Below, piece by piece: positions 46,224 through 57,820 of a stretch of 64,000 nt of DNA. The notes beneath the pieces are model-generated. The model had not been told where the DNA came from, made no database searches, and worked only from the letters and a program-made list of their open reading frames with translations. The DNA is from Utricularia gibba. Taxonomy: Eukaryota; Plantae; Magnoliophyta. The stretch covers positions 2,914,001 through 2,978,000 of the forward strand of contig NEEC01000008.1 in NCBI GenBank assembly GCA_002189035.1, read 5' to 3'. Both the position numbers and the translations under genes were made by a program. How positions within the stretch are numbered: position 1 is the stretch's first letter; the number at the start of each line of letters is the position of its first letter.

Positions 46224-49200
46224 TTAAAAATTTAACATTTCTTTTTTTTTTCCTTCTTCTTCTTCCAATGTCAACAATTCATCATCAACCATGACATAGA
46301 ATTCCTCATCTGCCCAATCATACCTCCTTTCTCTTAATATTTTCTTGGCTGCTATAATGGTTGAGGCTCCACAATCCCCTAACCGAATTGATGATAGCGT
46401 TGTAATATTACATGTAATATCACAAATACCGTCCTCCCTTTTATTCGAAGAGTTAGTAGCTGGGGAAATTGCTCTTCTTCCACTTTCAAGGACTTGAGAC
46501 CACCTGGATAATCAATCCTTAATTCTTTCAGTTTGGTAAATTGTCCTTGGGACAGATTGCACCATTGATTTTCAAATGTGCAATCATAGAATCTCAGCAC
46601 CTCAAGATTGTGCAACTCCATAATAGTTCTCGTCCGAGCTTCATCAATTAAAGTGGAAGAGACTCTCAATTTCTTAAGCAAACTTGAGAGGGGGGCTCCG
46701 CCCCATGCCCATAAGCATCCTTTTTCTTTTTCTTCTTCCTCCAACATCAATAACTTGCCACCAACCTCAAGAGAGAAGTCCTCATCTGCCCAATCATACC
46801 TCCTTTCTCTTAATATTTTCTTGGCTGCTATAATGGTCAAGGGTCCACAACACCCTAACCGAATCGACAATAGCGTTGTAATATTACATGTAATATCACA
46901 AATATTGCTACTATCACTTATTTCAAGAGTTAGTAGCTGGGGAAATTGCTCTTCTTCCACTCTCAAGGACTTGAGACGAACTGGATAACGAATAATTAAT
47001 TCTTTCAGTTTGGCAAATTGTCCTTGGGACAGATTGCACCATTCCTCATTTTCAAATGTGCAACGATAGAATTCCATCACCTTGAGATTGTGCAACTCCA
47101 TAATAGTTCTCGTCCGAGCTTCATCAATTAAAGTGTGCTGGAGTTCCAATTCCTTGAGCAAACTTGGGAGGGGGGATCCATCCCATGCTGCCCTCATTCT
47201 TATGACCTTCAGATTTGGATATCGGACTGCAGTATTAGAATACCGTTTGGGCATAGGAGACCCTTCTCTATAGTCAATCATACTTCTTTGAAAGAGGAAA
47301 AAGTGTTCTCGTTGCCAGTCTTTGTGAAATCCACTTAGATAATTGATTACGTCTTTGTAACTACGCCATGTCATGTCAATTAGTTGTGTACAGATCATCA
47401 TTTCAAGCAATGGAAACTCTTGGTCTTCCAATCCTTGTCTACATAAAAGCATAGAAGGTCTACAAATCTGCCAAACTCTCTTTGACCAATCAAACTGCAT
47501 CCTTCCATCCATCTCTACATAAAAGTTGTTATCCCCCAAACTCCGCTTCTTCTCCAATATTTCCATCGCCCATTCGACAGTAGACTCTCCACAACCTTCC
47601 AATCTGATCGACTGCAAGGATGAATCATCACAAATATAAAAGGATGCATAAGGAACATTGTGTAGCCAAAGCCTTTCAAGTCGAGGACAACCAATCTCAA
47701 GACAACGATTCCCGCCATAGTTAGAAAGCCAACGATTCCCCCCATAGTCAGAAATTCCAAAGTATCTCAAACTATGTGATCCTACTATGGTGGTTCCAAC
47801 ATGGTCGTAAAAGCTGAGAGCCAAATACTCGAGATTAGGCATATCCCAAATAGCACTTCGGATTTGCTCTGAGAAGTAATTACAAAATATTCCCAATCTC
47901 TTGATCGATTTGGACAAGAAAGGGTTCTCCCAAACATACATCATGGAATCTATGCCAATTAATTGTTCCAGCACGATGTCCTCCTCATCTTGATTAGGCA
48001 AATAATCCAAAAATTTAAGTTGTGGCATCATCCTAAATGAGCGTGGTTCATGACCACGATACTGTTGAACATTCCATAGAAGATTTCCTGGAAAATGATA
48101 TTGCTCAAGTGATTCAAAATAAATAATATCCTCATTTATTCCATGAAAATGTGGAACCTTGATTTCTTTACACATAGATATGTTGCTAACTGAGAAAGTA
48201 GGATGCAGAAGCACTCCATAAATAAAGAGCTCCATTTTGACCACCTTGTTGCATTCAACGCAAAGTTGTGCACACACATACTCTATAGGTAAAATAGAAT
48301 GTATCTGATGAAAGATTCTACCATAACACAGCCATGTACTACTATTGCTCACCGGGACAATGTCACAAAACTCCATGAAATAAGTAGTGGAACAAACCAC
48401 ACATCTCGTCGCTTGAATATCAACAGATGATTTCTTTTGTCTATCGAAAATTTTATCCACTCCTGCTGCCACACATACATTCTCAATAGATGATTCCTTT
48501 CTGCATAGCTCAAACAAGAGATCATGTATTCCGATATAATTAATTTCCATGATATGATTATATTTTCTAACAAAGATCATGTTCCTTCCAATAAGATCTT
48601 TCAAATAATCTAGTGCAACCTCTTCCATTCCTCGACCTCCTTCCGATCTTACCATCATCTCAACAATCCACCATCGTATTAAATCATCAGCATCAATATT
48701 TTCATCTTCAGGATAATATGAAAAACTAAGAAAGCATAATTTAAGATGAAGCGGAAGGTTATCATAGCTCAAGTATAATGTTTTCATACAACGCTCATCA
48801 TCTTCCAAACTCACAAAGGATGTAACAGCATCCGCAACATTCCTCCAGGATTGCAAACTCATGTCAGATTTTGAGAGAAGCCCACTGATTGTAACGATTG
48901 ATAAAGGAAGTCCTTTGCAATTTCGAGCAATCTCTCTTCCGATTCCTTGGAGCTCATCCGGACATGGGACTTTTTTAGACAATAATTCCCAACTTGCCTC
49001 TTCATCTAATAAATCCATTTGGTGAATAAGTGCAGGGGAAAGAGATTTAGCAACACTTAACTTCCTTGTAGTCACAATAATCCGACTTCCATTATTCCTA
49101 TTAGGAAAGTATACTACTAATTCTTCCCAAGCCTTAGTACTCCATAAATCATCCAATGCGATCAGGTACTTATCATCAAATAGCTTCTGATGTAACATAG

Positions 49201-49938
49201 TCCCCAAATCTCTTACCTCGTGAGTTACTTTATCACCTAACATATCTTGAAGTATTTTTCGTACATCGTATTCTTGAGAAATAGTGACCCAATAGTGTTT
49301 GTCGAAGTGCCTCCCAGTCGCTGAACAATCATCATAAACTTTCTGTGCTAAAGCCGTTTTACCACTACCACCCATACCGACGATCGCTATCACTCTTCGA
49401 TCTTTCACGTGACTCTCAAGTTCCTCCTTTATCTCTTTAAGGGGGCGCTCAATTCCCACTAGAGTTGCTGCTTCCTTGGTCTTCTGATAAGAGAGGTGAA
49501 CCACTTCCTCCTTAGTGCTCCTCGAGTAGCTTGATGATTCTTCTCGAATGCTTGCTGATTGGAGTGTGATCAACTTTAGTTCATCACTCAAAAGATCAAT
49601 ATCTCGATTGATATCAAACATGGCTTTGCAAAATTCATCCCAAAAAGATGAATATCATGCACTTTCTGATCAACAACATGATAATCAAGGATATTACTCC
49701 ACTTGAAGGCATACTGGCTGAATCTTTGAGACATCTCTCTTACCTCTCGAGTCACATCCCTTGACTTGAGGCTTTCCAGTAACTTCATCCAAGAACGAAT
49801 CTTGTCTTCAAAATCACAGATCTGCTTTAGATCAACTGCTAGCAGTTTATTGTTGTGGTGCGCCTGCATGGATTGGAGAAGCTGCAAAAGACGGAGCGCA
49901 GAGTAATAAGCAGATACTATTCCCGGACCCTCTTCCAT
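46224..49938 (-). CDS. NLR-1: CC-NB-ARC-LRR (R1B/NRC-sensor-like) with three tandem LRR C-terminal caps; apparent 1-nt frameshifts at 49639-49641 and ~46436-46442
   Basis: ATG at 49938 (MEEGPG; 49944 is TTG). P-loop GMGGSGKT, kinase-2 YLIALDDLW, RNBS-B GSRIIVTTR, GLPL, CFLSFSYYPED and IHD. The restored frame ends at ~46224. Confidence 0.9.
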
Positions 49939-50169
49939 CGCCAATCACCAAACAAGATTAGTGACTGATTGGGTAATTCTGCCCTATACAGAAGAAAGAT
50001 GCGCCCCCAGAAATACTCCCCAGTTTTGCATATAAGAAGAAATAGGTTCCTTGGAATGAAGAGAAGCTATGGGTTGCAAATGACTTGACTCAAGTCTTCT
50101 ACTCATCTTCACACGTCTCTGGTATCTTATCTCTGAAAATTTTATCACCAAATAGCAGTCACATATTAT

Positions 50170-50940
50170 CATGGACAGATTAAAAATCAGCTGATGCTAA
50201 TAGATGATGAGATATTCAATTTAATGTAAAAGTAAAAGTATAATTGCATTTTTTTTTTTGTAAACTCAAGATGAACATTTGTGCTTCAATTTGTTTAAGA
50301 AAATTGTGTTTTCTGTTTTGTTTTCAAATTTTGATTCTTTTTTTTTTCTCTTCTTTAGATTTAGTTGAACTTGATGTTATATAGTTAAAAAAAATACAAC
50401 ATAATTAATTCTACATAAAAATAAGCCCCACAAAAATATTTTTTATCCTATGTTCAATTATCAATCAAATATATTTTTTTCAAAACATCTCTTTATGAGA
50501 TTATTTCGTTTTTCTTATCTTATTAAAACCCTATTAAAACATTTTCCCATGTATCAATTTTATGAAATGAATACAAAAACATCTTTAAATGATGCGTAAA
50601 TTGTTAACAAAATCATATTAAAATATAAATTTTAAATCATATTTTTTTATATGGCAATTCGTATAAAAAATGCAGTTAATTTTTGTAAAAGTTGTAAATG
50701 AAGGATCATAGTTTTAGAATTAAATAAGCATGCTAATTAGGATTGTGGTTTTAAATTTCTATTAAAAATGAATTGATACAGTATATGATGCTATATTTTG
50801 GAATCATGATTTTTGGATAAATTGTTTTGAGCTAATGAAAAATCGAATATCATTAAATCACTCATTTATTGTTTGTAATAAATGCATAGTAACACTCTAG
50901 GCCACAACAATTATTTCCTAATCATCATTTTTATTAGTAT
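50170..50940. repeat. Duplicated NLR 3'-flank and unit-junction sequence; other copies at ~45890-46130, 54586-54660 and 58693-59340
   Basis: TAAGAAAATTGTGTTTTCTGTTTTGTTTTC occurs at 50296 and 58693 with ~650 bp of colinear AT-rich sequence. AAAAATCAGCTGATGCTAATAGATGATGAGATATTCAATTTAAT occurs at ~50182 and ~54592. Confidence 0.85.
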
Positions 50941-50941
50941 T

Positions 50942-53900
50942 CTATTTCTTCTTATTCTTCTTCTTTTTTTTCTTTTTCTTCTTTTTTTCTTCCAATGACA
51001 ACAATTCACCATCAACCATAACATAGAAGTCCTCATCTGCCCAATCATACCTTCTTTGTCTTAATATTTGTTGGGCTGATCTGATGGTCGATGTTCCGCA
51101 ATCGCCTAATTGAATTGATGATAGTGTTGGAATACCACATATATCATCATCATCAGCATCTGAGATGATATTCAATGTTTCACACCCAAATATCCCAAGA
51201 ATTAGTAGTTGGGGAAATTGCTCTGCTCCCACCTTCAAATACTTGAGATCATATGGATCATAAATCATCAACTTTTTCAGTTTGCAAAATCGCCCTTGGG
51301 ACAGATTGCACCATTCCTCATTTTCAAATGCGCAACTCGAGAATCTCAGCTCCTCGAGATTGCACAACTCAATAATAGTTCTCGTTTTAGCTTCATCAAT
51401 TAAAGTGCCACAGAGATTCAATTTCTTGAGCAAACTTGGGAGGGGGATCCATCCCATGCCGACCTCATCCTTATGGCCTTCAGATTTGGAAATTGGATTG
51501 CTGTATTAGAATACCAATTGAATATATGATACATTGTCCCGTCTGCATGAAAGAGTGTAGATAAAGGACGCAATCTTGGCTTTGGAGGAAAGAGGAACAA
51601 GTGTTCTTGATGCTGTGCTTTGTTAAATCTGCTTTGATACTCGATTACATCACTATAATTATGCCTTCTTTCGTCATATCTTTGCATACCCATCATCATC
51701 ATTTCAAGCAATGCAAACTCTTCGTCATCATAATCTTCTTCTTCTTCTTTTGCATCACAATTGTTAAATCTTCCATCCGTCTCTACATAAAAGCTGTTAT
51801 CCCCCAAACGTCGCTTCCTCTCTAATACTTCCATAGCCGATTGGACAGCAGACTCTCCACAACCATCCAATGTGATTGATTGCAAGGATGAATCATCACA
51901 AATATAACAGGATGCATCACGAACATTGTGTAGCCAAAGCCTTTCAAGTCTAGGACAATCAATTTCCAGTCGGCAATTTGCGTAATAGTCAGAAATCCCC
52001 AGGTATCTCAAACTATAAGATACTATGGGCATTACATGATTGTAATGCCTGAAAGCCAAATGCTCAAGATTAGGCATATCCCGAATAGCTATTTCGAATG
52101 ACATGCAGCCCCATATTCCCAATCTCTTGATGGGTTTCGGCAAGAAAGGTTCAGCATAAATACCAAGCATTCCATCTAGACCAACTAATTGTTCCAGCAC
52201 GATGTCCTCCTCATCATGATGAGGCACAAAACCTAAAAATTTAAGTTGTGGCATTATCCTGCATGAGCTTTCTCCTGAACACAAATACTGTTGAACATTC
52301 CACAACAGATTTCCTGGAAAATGATATTGCTGAAGTGATTCAAAAGGAATAATATCTCCGCCCACTCCATGAAAATGTGAAACCTTAACTGCGTTACACT
52401 CAGATATGTCGTTAACTGAAAGAGTAGGATGCAGAAGCACTCCATAAATAAAGAGCTCCATTGTTTCAAACTTGTTGCATTTAAAACAAAATTGTGCATA
52501 GACACAATTTTCCATCTGTAAAATAGAATGTATCTGATGGAAGATTCTGCCATAACACGGCCTCATACTACTATTGCTCACGGGGACAATGTCACAAAAC
52601 CCCATGAAATAAGTAGTGGAGCAACCCACACATCTCGTCGCTTGAATGTCGACAGACGATTTCTTTTTTCTATAGAAAATTCTATCCATTCCTTCTCCCA
52701 CACATACATTCTCAATAGATGATTCCTTTCGGCATAGCTCTAACAAGAGATCATGTATTCCGATAAGTTTAATTTCCATAATATCATTATATTTTCTAAC
52801 AGAGATCATGTTCCTTCCAATAAGATCTTTCAAATAATCTAGTGCAATCTCTTCCATTCCTTGATCTCCTTCCGGTCTTACTATCGCCTCAACAATCCAC
52901 CATCGTATTAAATCATCAACTATAATATATTCATCTTCAGGATAATATGAAAAACTAAGAAAGCATAATTTAAGATGAAGCGGAAGGTTATCGTAGCTCA
53001 AGTATAATGTTTTCATACAACGCTCATTATCTTCCAAACTCACAAAGGATGTAACAGCATCCGCAACATGCCTCCAGGATTGCAAAGTCATATCAGATTT
53101 TGAGAGAAGCCCACTAATTGTGACGATTGATAAAGGAAGTCCTTTGCAATTTCGAGCGATCTCTCTTCCGATTCCATGGAGCTCAACCGAACATGGGACT
53201 GTTTTAGACAATAATTCCCAACTTGTCTCTTCATCTAATAAATCCATTTGGTGAATAAGTGCAGGGGAAAGAGATTTAGCAACATTTAACTCCCTTGTGG
53301 TCACAATAATCCGACTTCCGTTATTCTTATTAGGAAAGTATACTACTAATTCTTCCCAAGCCTTAGGACTCCATAAATCATCCAATGTGATCAAGTACCT
53401 ATGATCAAAAAGCTTCTGATATAATATAGTCCCCAAATCTCTTACCTCTTGAGTGTTGTTATCATCTAATATCTTTTGAAGTATTTTTCGTACATCGTAT
53501 TCTTGAGAAATAGTGATCCAATAGCATTTGTCGAAGCGCTTCCTAGTCACTGAAAAATCCTCATAAACTTTCCGTGCTAAAGCAGTTTTACCGCTACCAC
53601 CCATACCGACGATCACTATGACTTGTCGATCTTTGACGTGATTCACAAGTTCCTCCTTTATCCTTTGAAGAGGGCGCTCAATTCCCACTAGAGTTGCTGC
53701 CTCCTTGGTCTTCTTATAGGAGGGATGAACCACTTTCTCCTTAGCGCTTCTTAGGGAGCTAGATGATTCTTCCCGAATGCTTGCTGGTTGGAGTGTGATC
53801 GACTTTAGTTCTTCACTCAAAAGATCAATATCTCGATTGATATCAAACATGGCTTTGCGAAATTCTTCCCCAACAAGATGAATATCATGCACTTTCTGAT

Positions 53901-54168
53901 CAACAACATGATAATCAAGGATATTACTCCACTTGAAGGCATACTGGCTGAATCTTTGAGACATGTCTCTTACCACTCGAGTCACATCCCTCGAATTGAG
54001 GCTGTCCAGTAACTTCATCCAAGAACGAATCTTGTTTTCAAAATCACGTATCTGCTTTAGATCAACTGCTAGTAGATTATATTTGTGGTGCACCTGCACG
54101 GATTGGAGAAGCTGCAAAAGACGGAGCGCAGAGTAATAAGCAGATAGTATTCCCGGACCCTCTTCCAT
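50942..54168 (-). CDS. NLR-2: CC-NB-ARC-LRR with two C-terminal caps and a poly-Lys tail; apparent 1-nt frameshift at G5 run 51442-51446
   Basis: Same NB-ARC motifs. The paralogues have G6 at this position (47170-47175 and 55129-55134), giving WDGSPLPSLLK; ORF 50942-51457 carries the continuation. Confidence 0.9.
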
Positions 54169-54669
54169 CGCCAATCACCAAACAAGATTAGTGACTGATT
54201 GGGTGCTGATCTGTAATTCTGCCCTGTATAGAAGAAAGATGCACCTCCAGAAATACTCCCCAGTTTTGCATATAAGAAGAAATAGGTTCCTTGGAATGAA
54301 GAGAAGCTATGGGTTGCAAATGACTTGACTCAAGTCTGAAAATTTTATCACCAAATAGCAGCCACATATTGAGTTCGGTTGGTGGGAATGCAACATCAAC
54401 TATAAATGCATCACCATTATTGTGAAAGAAGAGAAGCCAGGGACTCGGTCAAGATACATATTTCTTAAACGAAAAATGGGCATCAATTCATATTAATCAA
54501 TTATTTGCTCTGTATCAGTTGCTGTCAGTAGTTCACATTGCTGGTTCAATCGTACGGTTCCAATAAACTGCACAAGACGAAGCACAGACTAAAAATCAGC
54601 TGATGCTAATAGATGATGAGATATTCAATTTAATTTACAAAGTAAAATTATATTTGCATTTTTTTATTC

Positions 54670-54997
54670 TTCTTTCTTTTTTTCTTATTTTCTTCCAATG
54701 ACAACAATTCATCATCAATCATAACATAGAAGCCCAATCATACATTCTTTGCCTTAATATTTGTTTGGGTGATCTGATGGTTGATGCTCCACAATTGCCT
54801 AATTGAACTTATGATAGTGTTGGAATACCACACATATCATCATCATCTGAGATGATATTCAATGTTTCACACCCAAATATCCCAAGAATTAGTAGCTGGG
54901 GAAATTGCTCTGCTCCCACCTTCAAATACTTGAGAGCATCTGGACGATTAATCTCCAACTTTTTCAGTTTGCTAAATCGCCCTTGAAACAGATTGCA
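54670..54997 (-). pseudogene. Decayed remainder of the NLR-3 terminal module
   Basis: Colinear with 50960-51300 but carries TCA>TAA at 54809-54811 and a 10-nt deletion at 54732/54733. Confidence 0.85.
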
Positions 54998-57820
54998 TCA
55001 TTCCTCATTTACAAATGTGCAACCCGAGAATCGCCGCTCCTCGAGATTGCACAACTCAATAATAGTTCTCGTTTTAGCTTCATCAATTAAAATGCCACAG
55101 AGATTCAATTTCTTGAGCAGACTTGGGAGGGGGGATCCATCCCATGCCAACCTCATGCTTATGGCCTTCACATTTGGAAATCGAATTGCAGTATTAGAAT
55201 ACCGAGACCCTGTCCCGTTTGGATGAAAGAGTTTAGATGCAGGACGGAATCTTGGGTTTCGAGGAAAGAGGAACGAGCGTTCTTGTTGCAGCGCTTTGTC
55301 AAATCTGCTTTGATACTCGATTACATCACTGTAATTATTCCTTCCCGCATCATATCTTTGCATACCCATCATCATCATTTCAAGCAATGCAAACTCTTCG
55401 TCATCATAATCTTCTTCTTCTTCTTTTGCATCACAATTGTTAAATCTTCCATCCGTCTCTACATAAAAGCTGTTATCCCCCAAACGTCGCTTCCTCTCTA
55501 ATACTTCCATAGCCGATTGGACAGCAGACTCTCCACAACCATCCAATGTGATTGATTGCAAGGATGAATCATCACAAATATAACAGGATGCATCACGAAC
55601 ATTGTGTAGCCAAAGCCTTTCAAGTCTAGGACAATCAATTTCCAGTCGGCAATTTGCGTAATAGTCAGAAATCCCCAGGTATCTCAAACTATAAGATACT
55701 ATGGGCATTACATGATTGTAATGCCTGAAAGCCAAATGCTCAAGATTAGGCATATCCCGAATAGCTATTTCGAATGACATCATGCAGCCCCATATTCCCA
55801 ATCTCTTGATGGGTTTCGGCAAGAAAGGTTCAGCATAAATACCAAACATTCCATCTAGACCAACTAATTGTTCCAGCACGATGTCCTCCTCATCATGATG
55901 AGGCACAAAACCTAAAAATTTAAGTTGTGGCATTATCCTGCATGAGCTTTCTCCTGAACACAAATACTGTTGAACATTCCACAACAGATTTCCTGGAAAA
56001 TGATATTGCTGAAGTGATTCAAAAGGAATAATATCTCCGCCCACTCCATGAAAATGTGAAACCTTAACTGCGTTACACTCAGATATGTCGTTAACTGAAA
56101 GAGTAGGATGCAGAAGCACTCCATAAATAAAGAGCTCCATTGTTTCAAACTTGTTGCATTTAAAACAAAATTGTGCATAGACACAATTTTCCATCTGTAA
56201 AATAGAATGTATCTGATGGAAGATTCTGCCATAACACGGCCTCATACTACTATTGCTCACGGGGACAATGTCACAAAACCCCATGAAATAAGTAGTGGAG
56301 CAACCCACACATCTCGTCGCTTGAATGTCGACAGACGATTTCTTTTTTCTATAGAAAATTCTATCCATTCCTTCTCCCACACATACATTCTCAATAGATG
56401 ATTCCTTTCGGCATAGCTCTAACAAGAGATCATGTATTCCGATAAGTTTAATTTCCATAATATCATTATATTTTCTAACAGAGATCATGTTCCTTCCAAT
56501 AAGATCTTTCAAATAATCTAGTGCAATCTCTTCCATTCCTTGATCTCCTTCCGGTCTTACTATCGCCTCAACAATCCACCATCGTATTAAATCATCAACT
56601 ATAATATATTCATCTTCAGGATAATATGAAAAACTAAGAAAGCATAATTTAAGATGAAGCGGAAGGTTATCGTAGCTCAAGTATAATGTTTTCATACAAC
56701 GCTCATTATCTTCCAAACTCACAAAGGATGTAACAGCATCCGCAACATGCCTCCAGGATTGCAAAGTCATATCAGATTTTGAGAGAAGCCCACTAATTGT
56801 GACGATTGATAAAGGAAGTCCTTTGCAATTTCGAGCGATCTCTCTTCCGATTCCATGGAGCTCAACCGAACATGGGACTGTTTTAGACAATAATTCCCAA
56901 CTTGTCTCTTCATCTAATAAATCCATTTGGTGAATAAGTGCAGGGGAAAGAGATTTAGCAACATTTAACTCCCTTGTGGTCACAATAATCCGACTTCCGT
57001 TATTCTTATTAGGAAAGTATACTACTAATTCTTCCCAAGCCTTAGGACTCCATAAATCATCCAATGTGATCAAGTACCTATGATCAAAAAGCTTCTGATA
57101 TAATATAGTCCCCAAATCTCTTACCTCTTGAGTGTTTTTATCATCTAATATCTTTTGAAGTATTTTTTGTACATCGTATTCTTGAGAAATAGTGAACCAA
57201 TAGCATTTGTCAAAGTGCTTCCTAGTCACTGAAAAATCCTCATAAACTTTCTGTGCTAAAGCCGTTTTACCACTACCACCCATACCGACGATCGCTATGA
57301 CTCGTCGATCTTTCACGTGACTCTCAAGTTTCTCCTTTATCTTTTTAAGGGGGCACTCAATTCCCACTAGAGTTGCTGCCTCCTTGGTCTTCTCATAAGA
57401 GAGATGAACCACTTCCCCTTTGGTGCTCCTCAAGGAACTAGATGATTCTCCCCGAATGCTCATTAGTTCTTCTATCAACATCACTAATTCTCCATAGAAA
57501 GTATGCACAGCTCCACCAAACTCAACGCCATACACTCCACACTTTTGATCAACAACATGATAGTCGATCATATTACTCCAGTTGAAGGCACAATGGCTGA
57601 ATCTTTGCAACAGGGCTTTTATACCTGGGGTATGATCTGTTGCCGTGAGGCCTTCCAATAATTCTATCCAAGCGTGAACCTTGTCTCGAAAACCATGTAT
57701 CTGCTCCATATCAACGGCAAGCAGTTTATATTTGTTGTGCACTTGCACGGATTCAAGAAGCTGCAGGAGACGCAGCGCAGAGTGATAAGCTGATAGTAGT
57801 ATTCTCGAATCCCCGGCCAT
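54998..57820 (-). CDS. NLR-3: CC-NB-ARC-LRR, open for 940 aa and truncated in its second LRR module by TGG>TGA
   Basis: Uninterrupted ORF with all NB-ARC motifs. The stop at 54998-55000 replaces the W of EEWCNL found in the paralogues. Confidence 0.9.
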   Translation of the reverse strand: MAGDSRILLSAYHSALRLLQLLESVQVHNKYKLLAVDMEQIHGFRDKVHAWIELLEGLTATDHTPGIKALLQRFSHCAFNWSNMIDYHVVDQKCGVYGVEFGGAVHTFYGELVMLIEELMSIRGESSSSLRSTKGEVVHLSYEKTKEAATLVGIECPLKKIKEKLESHVKDRRVIAIVGMGGSGKTALAQKVYEDFSVTRKHFDKCYWFTISQEYDVQKILQKILDDKNTQEVRDLGTILYQKLFDHRYLITLDDLWSPKAWEELVVYFPNKNNGSRIIVTTRELNVAKSLSPALIHQMDLLDEETSWELLSKTVPCSVELHGIGREIARNCKGLPLSIVTISGLLSKSDMTLQSWRHVADAVTSFVSLEDNERCMKTLYLSYDNLPLHLKLCFLSFSYYPEDEYIIVDDLIRWWIVEAIVRPEGDQGMEEIALDYLKDLIGRNMISVRKYNDIMEIKLIGIHDLLLELCRKESSIENVCVGEGMDRIFYRKKKSSVDIQATRCVGCSTTYFMGFCDIVPVSNSSMRPCYGRIFHQIHSILQMENCVYAQFCFKCNKFETMELFIYGVLLHPTLSVNDISECNAVKVSHFHGVGGDIIPFESLQQYHFPGNLLWNVQQYLCSGESSCRIMPQLKFLGFVPHHDEEDIVLEQLVGLDGMFGIYAEPFLPKPIKRLGIWGCMMSFEIAIRDMPNLEHLAFRHYNHVMPIVSYSLRYLGISDYYANCRLEIDCPRLERLWLHNVRDASCYICDDSSLQSITLDGCGESAVQSAMEVLERKRRLGDNSFYVETDGRFNNCDAKEEEEDYDDEEFALLEMMMMGMQRYDAGRNNYSDVIEYQSRFDKALQQERSFLFPRNPRFRPASKLFHPNGTGSRYSNTAIRFPNVKAISMRLAWDGSPLPSLLKKLNLCGILIDEAKTRTIIELCNLEERRFSGCTFVNEE

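Noticed and set aside
48510-48535. IHD in place of MHD in the NLRs
   Set aside because: IHD, VHD and LHD variants are common in asterid CC-NLRs, and the critical Asp is kept.
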